Origin: Octopus sinensis
Taxonomy: Eukaryota
DNA length: 64,000 nucleotides
Assembly (NCBI RefSeq): GCF_006345805.1
Contig: NC_043022.1
Span: 15,500,001 to 15,564,000 of the forward strand
Direction of reading: 5' to 3'
This document shows positions 37,946 through 50,625 of this stretch, piece after piece. Each line of letters opens with the position of its first letter. The first letter of the stretch is position 1. The notes under the pieces were generated by a model, which saw nothing but the letters and a program-made list of their open reading frames with translations, did no database searches and was not told the DNA's origin. The position numbers and the translations under genes were made by a program.

Positions 37946-38010
<65 letters not shown>
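37531..38010. repeat. (TTA)n array with a recurring higher-order unit TGTTATTATTTTTATCATTAC
   Basis: Direct reading; ends about 75 bp before the splice acceptor. Confidence 0.95.
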
Positions 38011-38011
<1 letters not shown>

Positions 38012-38065
38012 GCATATATAATGTATATATAACATCTATATATATTTACATATTTCAATTTTTTG

Positions 38066-38085
38066 TGTTTCTCTTCTTGTTTTAG
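38066..38085 (+). promoter_or_regulatory. Splice acceptor of the coding exon
   Basis: Polypyrimidine tract TGTTTCTCTTCTTGTTTTAG; the following 121 nt have no ATG and carry an in-frame TGA (38135-38137), so they are 5' UTR. Confidence 0.7.
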
Positions 38086-38206
38086 ATCTTCAACTGAGTT
38101 TGGTTTCACACTTGGTGCCTGTCTTTGGCAGAACTGACTGCAATCGAGAGATAAGAGGACACAGAAGTTCCAGAAAAAGAAGGGAAAGAAGAATAAAAGC
38201 CAAAGA

Positions 38207-39781
38207 ATGTTTCGGAAAAAAAAGGAACAGTTGTCCAGTCGGCAATTTTATGTTCAATTCCTTGGCTGGTTACCATGCACTGGAATCCAAGGTTCCGAGT
38301 ACACAACACCAGCGATTACCGAACTGAAAAAGAGATTGAAAGAACATTCAAATCTTCCGAAATTGACATTGAAAATAAACAGTGAAGGCCTTGAGGTATC
38401 ACCAATCAATGATAATTCAAAGAAGAAGCCGTCGAATCCAAGGATTTTTCCCATTATGCTCGAAGACATAATGTTTGTGGCCTTAGAATGCATGGACTCA
38501 GACATAGTGGCATGCATCTATCGCAACCGCAATGCACTGAAGGCGCATTTTCTACAAGTGCACGTTTACCGATTTGACTCACCATCAACTGCTTCACATT
38601 TTGTACAGAACATCCACTTCATGACCACCACGGAGGCCCATCTGTCACATGTGAGACACATTGAAGACTTTCTACGTAGAGAAGTTGTAGGGAACTCTCC
38701 TCCTATACAACCAAAATCACCTTTAACGGGAACGGTTTCGAGTGGGGGCTCTTCAAGCAATGCAGCATCTGACGAGAATGTGCCGGTTGTTCAAGAGGAC
38801 CCACAGGTACAAGCAATCACCGATGAATTAAAACTAAAGTTTAAGACAAAAGCTACTCCGATCTTACTTCCAGCAAAGGATTACGACACCGTTCGACGGA
38901 AACAAGGCCATATAGATAAAATGGGGACACGAAAGTGCCGCAATGAAAGAGTTGTAGGTGCACTTAGATCCCACTTTAAGGATAATGATGATGATGATGA
39001 GGATGATGATGATGATGATGACGTCGACGATGACAACAATGATGATGATGATGGTACTAATGGCCAAGGCCCGCGCTCACCTTATCCTCTTTACCCTATA
39101 AGAAAATCTCCAGCCAGTTCATCTATTTCTCCTGAAAGCAAAAGTCCTCGTTCACCAGAATTAGTGCATTTGAGGGATAACAGGCATCAAAGGCCTGGTT
39201 CCACACATGGAAGTGATAGTGGCACCAGAAACAGTGCTCCACCTTCGATGGTTCCACCTTCGATGGTTCCACCTTCGATGGTTCCACCTTCGATGGTTCC
39301 ACCTTCGATGGTTTCACCTTCGATGGTTCCACCTTCGATGGTTCCAACATCACCAGAGAGAAAGATATCGTACCATGAGCAAAATGCCGTTTTCCAATTT
39401 GATAAGCGTTATCCACAGAACGAATCTAAAAACAGCACGGTATCTTCCGATCGCAGTGGATCATCACGCCACTCCAATCCTCCTAGAAACCCTCTGCCCA
39501 CGATGCCAAAACCAAAATATGAAATTCCGCCCGATTATGACGTGTCCCCGCAAGTATTCCGGTATCAAGCTCAGCTCAACCATCCTGGACATGGCTACTA
39601 CAGAGATGATCTTCTTGTCCCTAATCATAGCAGGGGTTATCCACAGGGAGTCCAATACCCACAACGGCCGTACAATAGTAACATGAATTTAAATATGAAC
39701 TATCCTCAGCCCCACAACGATTATTCGGAATTATATGCAAGACCTGCCCCACGATTGAGAAGTCATAAATTTAGCAGATGA
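38207..39781 (+). CDS. PTB/PID-domain adaptor-like protein, 524 aa, single coding exon
   Basis: Only long non-repeat ORF. The N-terminal region F-x-V-x-FLG..L-x-L-x-I-x-x-x-G..DIVACIY..HVYRFDS resembles a PTB fold; then an acidic tract, S/P-rich disordered tail and Tyr motifs; A at -3 of the ATG. Confidence 0.85.
   Translation: MFRKKKEQLSSRQFYVQFLGWLPCTGIQGSEYTTPAITELKKRLKEHSNLPKLTLKINSEGLEVSPINDNSKKKPSNPRIFPIMLEDIMFVALECMDSDIVACIYRNRNALKAHFLQVHVYRFDSPSTASHFVQNIHFMTTTEAHLSHVRHIEDFLRREVVGNSPPIQPKSPLTGTVSSGGSSSNAASDENVPVVQEDPQVQAITDELKLKFKTKATPILLPAKDYDTVRRKQGHIDKMGTRKCRNERVVGALRSHFKDNDDDDEDDDDDDDVDDDNNDDDDGTNGQGPRSPYPLYPIRKSPASSSISPESKSPRSPELVHLRDNRHQRPGSTHGSDSGTRNSAPPSMVPPSMVPPSMVPPSMVPPSMVSPSMVPPSMVPTSPERKISYHEQNAVFQFDKRYPQNESKNSTVSSDRSGSSRHSNPPRNPLPTMPKPKYEIPPDYDVSPQVFRYQAQLNHPGHGYYRDDLLVPNHSRGYPQGVQYPQRPYNSNMNLNMNYPQPHNDYSELYARPAPRLRSHKFSR
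39239..39343 (+). repeat. Coding 15-bp minisatellite, 7 units encoding (PPSMV)n
   Basis: CCACCTTCGATGGTT x7 with a single C>T variant in unit 6. Confidence 0.95.
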
Positions 39782-39848
39782 TTTTTTTTTTCCTTTCTTT
39801 CCTTTCAAATTAAAAGTAGTCCAAAATAATTTATTCATAAATTATACA

Positions 39849-39893
<45 letters not shown>

Positions 39894-39912
39894 TATGCAC
39901 ATACATATATAT

Positions 39913-39995
<83 letters not shown>

Positions 39996-40875
39996 ATAAT
40001 AATAAAGGGTAAAATTAATTAATTAATTAATAATTATTAATTATTAATAATTTTACCAAGTAGTTTTGGCATGTTAAAAGAACCATTATCGGTAAACTTA
40101 AACAGCAATTTTTTTATAATTATGAGTATAATTATAATTAGGGTTCAACAAAAAAAAAATATATATGCATATATTCACACACATAAATATACATATGCAT
40201 CTCTCTTTCTCTCTGTCTCTATGTATATATGCACACACACACACACAAATTTTGTGTTTTGCTAAGAAGCAGGGCACAGTACTAGAATTTTTGACTTGTG
40301 TCAAATCTAACAACCTACTCCAAACCATTGCTAGAACGTCCACATAAGTGGAGTCTCGACCGAATGATTTGTCCTGATATCAAGTCATATAAGTTGTAAT
40401 CAGGAAGTCAAACCAAATATGGATATTTTTAAATCATTTAAGACTTATGCTTCAGATTTTTGTAATATGTAACAGGAGATGCAGCCATTGCATAAATGAA
40501 ATAGTTTAACTGAGAAAAGTATTACGTAATGGATTCATTTCGTGTTACGAACCTGAAACGCACATATTAAATAATTTCACTTCATTATTACAACTGTGTG
40601 TGTAAAATTAAAGTTGTACTAGTGAGCATTTTTTATTTAGCTTTTATAGTAAGGATAAACTGAAATTATATATCTTAATATTTCAACATATATATATATA
40701 TATATAAAGTTATAAGTGATAGTATGTTGTCAACTTAATGTGAAAGTCCCATGAAAAGGAAGAATGCTACTGCTATTTAGCCTAGGAAACACCGTTTCCT
40801 GTTGTCCTTGACACATTTCCTCTGTCCTTATGTTTTCACAGGGGGAGATAAGCACCTCCACCCAGCAAAGCCAGT

Positions 40876-40913
<38 letters not shown>

Positions 40914-41363
40914 CAATGTTTAACATCTATTTTCCATGCTGGCATGGGTTGGATGGTTTGACTGAGGTCTGGAAAGCCAGCAGCTAGACCAGGCTCCAAT
41001 CTGATCTGGCAATGTTTCTACAGCTGGATGCCCTTCCTAATGCCAACTATTATATATATATATGTGTGTGTTTGTGTGTGTGTGTGTGTAAATATAAAAT
41101 TAATATAAACAGCAGTTTGCAATGTTCCACCCAAAGGGAGAATTATGATTGTCACTAAATGTGACTAGTGTATTTAAAGACACCTACATTGCTAGAAATA
41201 GGTATTTTGTAGCTCTTATTTCTAGCAATGTAGGTGTTTCTCAACACTTTAGTTGCATTTAGTGATGATTATACATTATATATATATATTGTAAATTTTT
41301 TCCATCACGTTTATATATACATACATATATACACACACATATATATATATATATATATATTAT

Positions 41364-41641
41364 ATTAATTAGAGACAAAACCACTATTATGCAAATCAAA
41401 CAAAGAAAGACTTAATCCAATACATAAATTAATTTATATTATTTAACAATTATTAATAATTAATAATTGTTAAATTTCTAAATAATATAATTAATTTATG
41501 TATTGGATTAAGTCTTTCTTTGTTTGATTTGCATAATAGTGGTTTTGTCTCTAATTTAATATAATATAATATTTTACTATAAAATTGGATTCAATCCTAA
41601 ATCTGATTTTTCCCTGTAAGTTTGGATTTATTCCCTAATAT
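41364..41641 (+). mobile_element. Fold-back element family P (divergent member)
   Basis: Palindrome at 41364-41560, then TTTCCCTGTAAGTTTGGATTTATTCCCTAATA. Confidence 0.7.
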
Positions 41642-42146
41642 TTATTATTAATTTATATATATATATATATATTATATATATATATATGGAAAAAGTTTGC
41701 TGTGTTATTCACCTTTACACATGGTTCATTTGTTTATAGGGAGTTACATGTGTAGGAAAAACATGTAAGATATCGCCTGCTAAAAAATTCTTCGAACAGA
41801 GAATCAAACAATAATATTGTCTGGAGAATTTCCTGTAGGAGATATCTAACAAGATCCTTCTACATGTGCAATTTTGTAGCTCCCTATTAGCAAAAGAAAC
41901 ACATGTAATGATGACTAAGAAATACCAATCCCCTATTTTGATATGCAATTATTCCACAAATATTATTTTCCGGTATTTTTCAACTCTTATGCAAGTTCCG
42001 CACAAATATAACATCACCGTCTAGATTTGGATTACGGTAATAAGCAGAGGTGATTCAAGAGGACACAGCTTGTATTTTAATCCTATCTACATAATATATA
42101 TATGTATGCACATGTATGTATATCTATATATACATATATACACTAT

Positions 42147-42718
42147 ATAAAATTAGTGAACATTTAAACACAAAAAGAGGTGACCCTTAACAGGCCACCT
42201 TACATGCTAGAAGGAGCAGTCAAAACATCCAAAACCACAGATTAATTATCAATAAGTTTACCAAGTAGTTTTGGCATGTTAAAAGAACCATTATCAGTAA
42301 ACTTAAACAGCAATTTTTTATAATTATGAGTATAATTATAATTAGGGTTCAGCAAAAAGAGTTGCTTCAGCACATGCCGAAAAATTAGAAATAGCAGCCA
42401 AACATCTAGCTATTTCGAAGGGCAGATTTGAAAAATTATAATATATAATGATCTGACATGTGTTATTCTGTCTCTAAATTATATGTTAATGTTTTGGCAT
42501 ACCCACTGATGAGAACTTCGCCAGGCAAATTATTTTATTTGCCAATTAAAGTTTGAAACCTAGGTCTGGTTGTAAAAACATGGTAAAAGTTTTTATTTTT
42601 CATTCCCTTCGAAATTGCTCTTAACTGTGGTTTTGCACATTTTGACTGCTCCTTCTATTATGTAAGGCAGCCTGTTAAAGGTCACCTCTTTTTGTGTTTA
42701 AATGTACACTAATTTTAT
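42147..42718. repeat. Inverted repeat (about 95-bp arms) enclosing a PLE-associated family segment
   Basis: Arms at 42147-42240 and 42625-42718; the interior matches 40040-40150 and 4800-4935. Confidence 0.8.
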
Positions 42719-42837
42719 GTGGAAAGTATGTTGTTCATTGACATTCTATTCATGCTAGGTCACTGGTAGAAAAATTTCTAAAATTTTGCTACCCTATATT
42801 ATCTTAAGTATATATATAAATATATATATATATAAAT

Positions 42838-42918
<81 letters not shown>

Positions 42919-43735
42919 TATTTATATATATGCTACTGCCAGCCTCCCCTGGCACGTAAAAAGCACCCACTACACTCTCGGAGTGGTTGGCGTTAGGAAG
43001 GGCATCCAGCTGTAGAAACACTACCAGATCAGACTGGAGCCTGGTGCAGCCTCTTGGCTTCCCAGACCCCAGTCAAACCGTCCAACCCATGCTAGCATGG
43101 AAAATGGACGTTAAACTATGATGATGATGATGATGATATATATATATTATGTGTGTATTAAGCCTACTATTGGTTTCATTTTAAGATAAATATCTTAATA
43201 TCTTCACAATTTTTCCTGCCAATTACATAAAGTAATGGTATTCATCTCCATTTTGGATGAAATGATTGCTCAACTTGAATGTGGTGTTGAGCACTCATTC
43301 CATTATTTAACATTTATATATATATATATATAATATAATGAGTACCTTTCATTCATTGGACAATAAACCTTGCTTGCAAAGACCTGTTGAGGCAAGTGAA
43401 ATCAAAATCGCTGACGTGTCCCATGGCAGTAATGCCTGATTGGCATTACTGTTTGCAACTGGTACTTAATTTATTCTCATGCCAGTGGAACGTTAAAAGC
43501 ATCATCCAAGCATGATTGTTGCTAGGGTCACTGACTGGCTCCCATGCTGGTGGAATGAAAAAAGCACCATTCAAGCGTGATCGTTGTCAGCATCACCTTA
43601 CTGGCACAATTCTCCAAGATTCTACACACTGGAATCATATCAGAAATTGCATGATTGTGAACCAAAACTCCTGACTACATGTCTATCAGTTTGTCTATCT
43701 GCCTGCCACACTCTCTCTCTCTTTTTCTATTTCAC

Positions 43736-43771
<36 letters not shown>

Positions 43772-43818
43772 GATATATATATATATATAATATATATATT
43801 TGTGTGTGTATGTGTATG

Positions 43819-43875
<57 letters not shown>

Positions 43876-43929
43876 GTACATACATATACAGACACAAACA
43901 TATACATATATACATACATACATATATTA

Positions 43930-44225
43930 AAGGAGCATTCTGTTGGTTACAACGACAAAGGTCCCAGCTGATCCGATCAACAGAACAACCTGCTTGTGAA
44001 ATTAACGTGCAAGTGGCTGAGCACTCCACAGACACGTGTACCTTTAATGTGACAAGGCTGGCCCTTTGAAATACAGGTACAACTCATTTTTGCCAGCTGA
44101 GTGGACCGGAAAACGTGATATAAAGAGTCTTGCTCAAGGATATAATGCGCCACTGGGAACTGAATTCATGACCTTAGGTTCAGGAGCTGAATGCCCTAAC
44201 CCCTAAGCTAAACGCCTTCCCAATA
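43930..44225 (-). mobile_element. SINE family D (tRNA head, CORE-like domain)
   Basis: Reverse complement of 58189-58506. Confidence 0.8.
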
Positions 44226-44227
44226 TA

Positions 44228-44452
44228 TCAAGGCAGCGAGCTGGCAGAAATGTTAGCATACCGGGTGAAATGCTTAGAAGTATTTCGTCTGTCTATACGT
44301 TCTGAGTTCTAATTCCGCCAAAGTCAACTTTGCCTTTAATCCTTTTGGGGTCAATAAATTAAGTACCAGTTGCAAACTGGGATCAATCAAATCGATTGGT
44401 TTCCTCCCTCACTAAAAAAATATCAGGCTTTGTGCCTAGAGTAGAAAAGAAT
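44228..44452 (+). mobile_element. SINE family B, tail type 2
   Basis: Collinear with 28758-28972. Confidence 0.88.
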
Positions 44453-44459
44453 ATATATG

Positions 44460-44522
<63 letters not shown>

Positions 44523-45249
44523 CAATTTAATATACACACACACTAACAGAGGGTGACTCAAAAGTCCTTTTAGCATTTAAATGGCAGATATAAAATTATT
44601 TTTATTTTGTTAAAATGTTGTTTCTTTTTATGTATTTTTTAAATTCTAACTTTGTAATTTTGTTGTCTTATTTTTTTATTCATATTTGTATTACAAAAAA
44701 AAAACAAACAAACAAAAAACTGCCTCTCCGTTGGTTAACATGAGTGTTCCAGTAGATCCAACCAATGGAACAGCTTACTTGTGAAGTTAACATACAAGTG
44801 GCTGAGTACTCCACAGACACGTGTGACCTTCACGTAGATCTCAGGGAGATTCAGCACGACATGGAATGTAACAAGGCTGGACCCCTTTGAATTACATTTT
44901 TGTCAGCCGAGTGGACTGGAGCAATGTGACTGAGTTCCTTTCAAGTGCTGGGCCCCACAGAGGCAATGACTGTGACCTTTGGCATTATGTCGTGCTTGAG
45001 AAGAAGAAGACCCATCAAGCTGAGCAAAACTGCAGTCATGGCAGATACCAGCGTCAAACAAATGGCACATGTGCCAGTGGCATGTAAAAGCACTCATTAC
45101 ACTCTTGGAGTGGTTGGCATTAGAAAGGACATCCAGCCGTAGGAAACCATTCCAATCAGACTGGGGTCTGGTGCAGCCTTCCAGCTCCAATCAAACTGTC
45201 CAAACCATGCCAGCATAGACAACAGGCATTAAATGATGATGATGATATA

Positions 45250-45284
<35 letters not shown>

Positions 45285-45287
<3 letters not shown>

Positions 45288-45662
45288 ATATATAAACGGC
45301 AGTTTGTCTGTGCGTGTTTCTGTGTTCTGTTTGCTTGTACCCTCACCCTGACCACGGCTTGTCAACCGATTCTGATGAAACTTGACACACACATAGCCCA
45401 ATGTCATAATTCAAAACTAACGCAGCGAAAATTTTGAAAAGTTCCCCCAGTTCTGAAAAAAATCGATAAATTCGACATGGGGTCGAGAATCAGAAACACG
45501 AACCACAAACTGTCTAGGGGACGCAACTCCACCTTTTTTTAAATCTCAAAAAAATTTAACATCATTTTTTTCCATTTTTTTTGCTATTTTTTGGCTATAA
45601 CTCTCTAAAAATGCTTTATAGTTATTTCCTTACAAACCTGAGCAACGCGGGTGATACTGCTA

Positions 45663-45663
<1 letters not shown>
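45285..45663 (+). mobile_element. Non-autonomous Helitron (379 bp)
   Basis: 5' TC, 3' hairpin-like CCTGAGCAACGCGGG then CTGCTAG, inserted between A and T, no TSD. Confidence 0.85.
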
Positions 45664-45739
<76 letters not shown>

Positions 45740-45741
<2 letters not shown>

Positions 45742-46036
45742 GGGAGTATAACTCCAAACTTACAGGGAAAAATTCAATTTAGTATTAAATCAAATTTCAC
45801 AATATAAATATATGATATATATAAATTAGAGAAAAAACACCATTATGTAATTCAAACAATGATAGACGTAAATCATACCATATAGAAAAAATAATATATA
45901 TAAAACATTTATCTAGATCACAATAAAGTACATTGTGATCTAGTTATATGTTATATAATATATTTTATTTTTTCTATATGGTATGACTTGCGTCTATCAT
46001 TGTTTGAATTACATAATAGTGGTTTTTCTCTAATTA
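45740..46036 (-). mobile_element. Fold-back element family P
   Basis: Reverse complement of 9263-9610; palindrome at about 45815-46036. Confidence 0.78.
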
Positions 46037-46088
46037 TATATATATATAATATATATATATAATATATATAATATATAAATTAGAGAAA

Positions 46089-46123
<35 letters not shown>

Positions 46124-47523
46124 CACAATGGGCTTCTTTCAGTTTCTGTCTACCAAATCCACTCACAAGGCTTTGGTCAGCCTCAGACTATAGTAGAAAA
46201 CACTTGCCCAAGGTGCCATGCAATAGGACTGAACCCGAAACCATGAGGCTGGTAAGCCACTCTTGTTTTTCACAATATATATTGTTGAGAAAAACATTAT
46301 TTAAAAAAATTTAGAAGTTTAACAGTTACAATGAAAACCTTGCTACTCGCAAATCCAAAACCCACGATATCCTTTCAGCTTCTTCCCTATTATTATGGGG
46401 GCAACAGGATAAGTACTGGCCTGTCTGGAGCAAATTATGGCTGAATTTGGGATCTTGAGGAGAGAATGCCAATCTTTAAGTTATATGCTACAAATGATTA
46501 TATGTGGGGCTCTAAAAATCTGCAAGATTTAAAGGACTGGGGTTAAAAGAAGATGCTTCCCTTCAAAACCTTGCTACCAAGAAGGTGGACGGTCAGAATC
46601 TACACCAAATTAAAAAAAGAAAGAGAATGCATACATACAAACATACAGACAGACATACATACACAAATACACACATACACACATACATATGAACATACAC
46701 ACATACATACATACACACATACATACACCTATGCACACATACACAAATACATACATACACATATACACAAATACATACATACACATATACACAAATACAT
46801 ACATACATATATAGACATATACATGATGGGCTTCTACACAGTTTCCATCTACCAAAATCTGCACATGACATGTTAATCAATTTTATCAACTCAAACATAT
46901 ATGAAAAGACATTTGTTCACTGTGCCATGATGGGGGATTGAACCTGGAACCACGTAGCTGCCATGTGCACTTCTTAGCCACATGGCTATGTCTGCTTCTC
47001 TATGCTATGGACAATCTTATTCTCAATGGCAATAAAAAAGAATTAGACATTGAAGTGCTGTTATGCCAGCTTGATGAATAAAATGTTTATAAACAGGTTG
47101 TTACACAAATGAAACAGCTATAGAAATTAGGTGCAAATTCTAGATAAAGCAGTGAAAGACAGCAAAAAACAAGGATGTGCAGGTTCCACACCCTTAAACT
47201 TTTTAGTACCAACGTCACTGACACCACTTTCAATGCTATGATGTAAACTCCATGTTTTAATTTAGCTAAATCTAAATCTTCCATAAAAAATTTATGTTAA
47301 TTTATGTTCTAAATACCAATTTAATTGTAACAAAGTTATTTTACTAAATTCTTCAGTATTTTCAAAATTAATTAAAACAAAGGTAGTGTAACGGAAATAT
47401 GGCAACAAAAGGGTTGAAGTGATCTACATTAAACCCTTCCATTAAAATTTCATGGTAATTTATGTTATAAACACCAGCTTAATAATAAAGAAGTTGTTTG
47501 ATTAAATTCTGCTATATTCAAAA

Positions 47524-47915
47524 CTAGCAGTATTGCCCGGTGTTGCTCGGGTTTGTTTTGACCCTTTAGAATTGGAATTTTTGAAAAGTAAAACTTTAGC
47601 ATTATGTAGCTTGTTATTCTCTTTAAGTGAACATTTTTCTGGTTGAAATACACCGAAAAATGGTGACACAGCAGTCAAAAAATCGTAAAAAATAGGGATT
47701 TTCATAGAAAAAAAGCACCTTTTTGATGTAAATAATTTTTGGTGTTAACATGGTCCGATTTGAATTTTTTCTTCTACAGAATGAAGAGCAAGCCTTCTTC
47801 TATCATACTCATAATTTTGGTCAACTTGCGCCGCAGGGTCTTGGAGGAGATAGCGTTAGTTGAAGGCTACCAAACCTGCCACACACAGACAACTTCAGCT
47901 TTATGTATATAGAGA
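47524..47915 (-). mobile_element. Non-autonomous Helitron (392 bp)
   Basis: Minus strand: A|TCTCTATATA..CCCGAGCAACACCGGGCAATACTGCTAG|T. Confidence 0.87.
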
Positions 47916-48199
47916 TTAACTGAAACAAGGGTTTTGCATTTCAACAGAAATATGGTAACAAAAAGATTAAGATGGTTAAAACTAAAAACCTTCCATTAAT
48001 ATTTCATGTCAATTTGTTCCAAAATACCAGCTTAATGATAACTAGGTTAGCCACTACTGACGGATGGTGGATGGCAGACTGGACACAGAAACAACGGTCA
48101 GCAGATAGTAACAGAAGCAGCAGCAGAAGAGAGTGCCGTAACAGCATAGAAACAATGGACGGATGGCAGCAGCAACACTCAACGATCAGCTAACATTAA

Positions 48200-48670
48200 C
48201 CCTTTCATTATCAACCCGGCTGAAACCGGTTCTGGCTCTGAATACAAATGTCTTGTTTTCATAAGTTTTCAATTAAAATCTTCCACCTAACCTTAGTCAG
48301 AATTTATGTTCCTAACACTAGCTTAATGATAACTAAATTATTTTACTAAATCCTTTGTTAGATTTAAAATTAATTGAAAGAGACAGAGCATCTCAACAGA
48401 AATATGGTAACAAAAGGGTTAAAATATATAATAGAGAAACAATTCTTAACCCTTTCAATACCAACCCAGCTGAAACCAGCTCTGGCTCTGAAGTACAAAT
48501 GTCTTGTTTTCTTAAGTTTTGAATTAAAATCTTCTACCAAACCTTAGTCACAATTTATGTTCCTAACACTAGCTGAATGATAACTAAGTCATTTTACTAA
48601 ACTCTTTGTTATATTTAAAGTAATTGAAAGAAACACAGAGCATTTCAAAATAAATAGAGTAACAAAAGGG
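48200..48670 (+). mobile_element. Tandem dimer of piggyBac MITE family 1
   Basis: Units at 48200-48418 and 48450-48670, joined by the same 23-bp spacer as at 16.7 kb. Confidence 0.92.
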
Positions 48671-48971
48671 TAAGAAACTTTTGATAGTGACTGCTATGAT
48701 ACAAAATCCAATACAAAAACTGCTATGATAGAAAAGCAAAAAGCTTCGAACTATCTCAATGTTTGTCATTCATAGTAAAGACAGAAATTCTTTTTGTTTA
48801 CAATAAAAATAAATATTTTTTTAATCAAAAATCTCAAATAGGTTTCAGTGTTCTTTATCATAACATATGAAAATAAACCAACAAATTGATTGGGTGTGTA
48901 AAGTATGCTCAGATATGGGCAAAAAGATGTGGGGGGGGGGGGCAAACAGACACACAAACATATACACACAC

Positions 48972-49007
<36 letters not shown>

Positions 49008-49009
49008 CG

Positions 49010-49181
49010 ACCTCCAGGGCTTATTCTTTGTAAGCCTAGTACTTATTCTATTGGTCTCTTTTACCGAACTGCTAAGTTACGGGGATGTAAACACACCAGC
49101 ATCAGTTGTCAAGTGATGTTGGGGGGACAAACACAGACACACAAACATATACACACACATACATACATACATACTATATAC

Positions 49182-49216
<35 letters not shown>

Positions 49217-49358
49217 CGGTGGGCTTCTTCCAGTTTCCCAAATCCACTCACAAGGCTTTGGTCGGCCCGAGGCTATAGTAGAAGACACTTGCCCAAGGTA
49301 CCATGCAGTGGGAGTGAACCCGGAACCATGTGGTTGGTTAGCAAGCTACTTACCACAC
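49010..49358 (-). mobile_element. SINE family A
   Basis: Collinear with 20341-20741; tail truncated. Confidence 0.85.
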
Positions 49359-49565
49359 ATATATACGTGATAATTGATGAAAGAAATGGAAGATAGATTT
49401 AGCACTAGTCTTTACTCAGTATGGTGATCGTTTCGACCCATCTTGCAACTGTCTGTTATGGACAGGATTTTGTGCACCTAATTGTGCTGCACCAATCTGT
49501 GCAGTTTGTGTGACATCAGGTAGATGCATAAACATATATTGACGTGTCCTAGGCATGTTGTTCAT

Positions 49566-49875
49566 GGAGGCACATGGTCTAGTTGTTAGAGCAGCAGACT
49601 CGCGGTTGAGGGATCGCAGGTTCGAATCTCAAACCAGGCAATGTGTGTGTTTATGACCAAAACACCTAAGCTACACGCGGTTCTGGCAGAAGGTAATGGC
49701 GAACGTCTGCTGACTCTTTCGCCACAACTTTCTCTCACTCTTTCCTCATGCATCTTGCAACTCACCTGCGACGGACCAGCATCCCGTCCAGGTGTGGAAC
49801 CTATATGCCAAGGAAACCGGGAAACCGGCCCTTATGAGCCAGACATGGCTCGAGAAGAAACAAACAACAAAACAA
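49566..49875 (+). mobile_element. tRNA-derived SINE family E with a V-domain-like centre
   Basis: TGGTCTAGTTGTTAGAGC..GGTTCGAATCTC; CCTGCGACGGACCAGCATCCCGTCCAGG..GAAACCGG; tail stem GAGCC..GGCTC plus (AAC)n. The V-domain assignment is from memory of the consensus. Confidence 0.65.
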
Positions 49876-50533
49876 CAAGGCATGTTGTTCTCACTTACTG
49901 TATTTTGGCTATTCCTGATGTAGATCCAGAGGAAATATGGCCCAACTGTGGATGACACCAGGTAGCCCCAAACTGTGAACGGGCCATATATGTAACGAAG
50001 CACTCTCTGCTTCCTCCCGACGTTCTTCCAAAGTCTCATGCCAGCCATGCAGAACACTGTCGAGTCACGACTACAAAACCACAAAACCTTATTCCCACCA
50101 AATCCGTTGTCCTCAGCTGCCCCCCACTGCCCCCACCCTTGTGCCTCAAGTCCTTTCCAATTTTGTATGCCGCCCTTTTTTTCGTGTTGGCACCTGCCCA
50201 CCCCCTTATTGGTTTCACATGGCACAGTTAACTTAACAAGGAAGACTATAATGCCACATTAATTCGTGACATAAATTTGGGGTGTTCCTTTGTTATTGCA
50301 ACCTCAGGTGTGTAAACATGAGCTCTTCCTTGAAATTAACCTGCACCTTCTGATCATGACTCAACACTCAGGTGTGCAGCACTCGTGTTTCATTGAATAC
50401 GATCCGGCATTGTGCTTTCTTGCATCTACTGCACAAAACCGTAGACGTAGGTGAGTTGACAGGGACATTCTAGTGTTGATGCACTTAGATTCAGAACTAT
50501 ATATATGTATGTGTGTGTGTGTGTGTGTGTGTG

Positions 50534-50572
<39 letters not shown>

Positions 50573-50625
50573 GTGTGTATTTTTCCCTTGTTAATAATTA
50601 ACACGGAAAAAAATAGATAACAGTT

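Noticed and set aside
40048-42305. HHR-like strings on the minus strand (CUGAUAA..CCAAAAC UACUUGGUA at about 42250-42305 and 40050-40100; related at 4810-4850)
   Set aside because: Two or more core positions are mutated and stem I is out of register; may be decayed HHRs but cannot be supported.
49425-49520. CUGAUGU..GUCGAAACGAUC on the minus strand
   Set aside because: No convincing stem II and no NUH triplet.
49940-50280. 159-aa minus-strand ORF (49746-50225)
   Set aside because: Spans a SINE and what looks like a frameshifted RTE-like C-terminus; not a host gene, and the family call is too weak to list.
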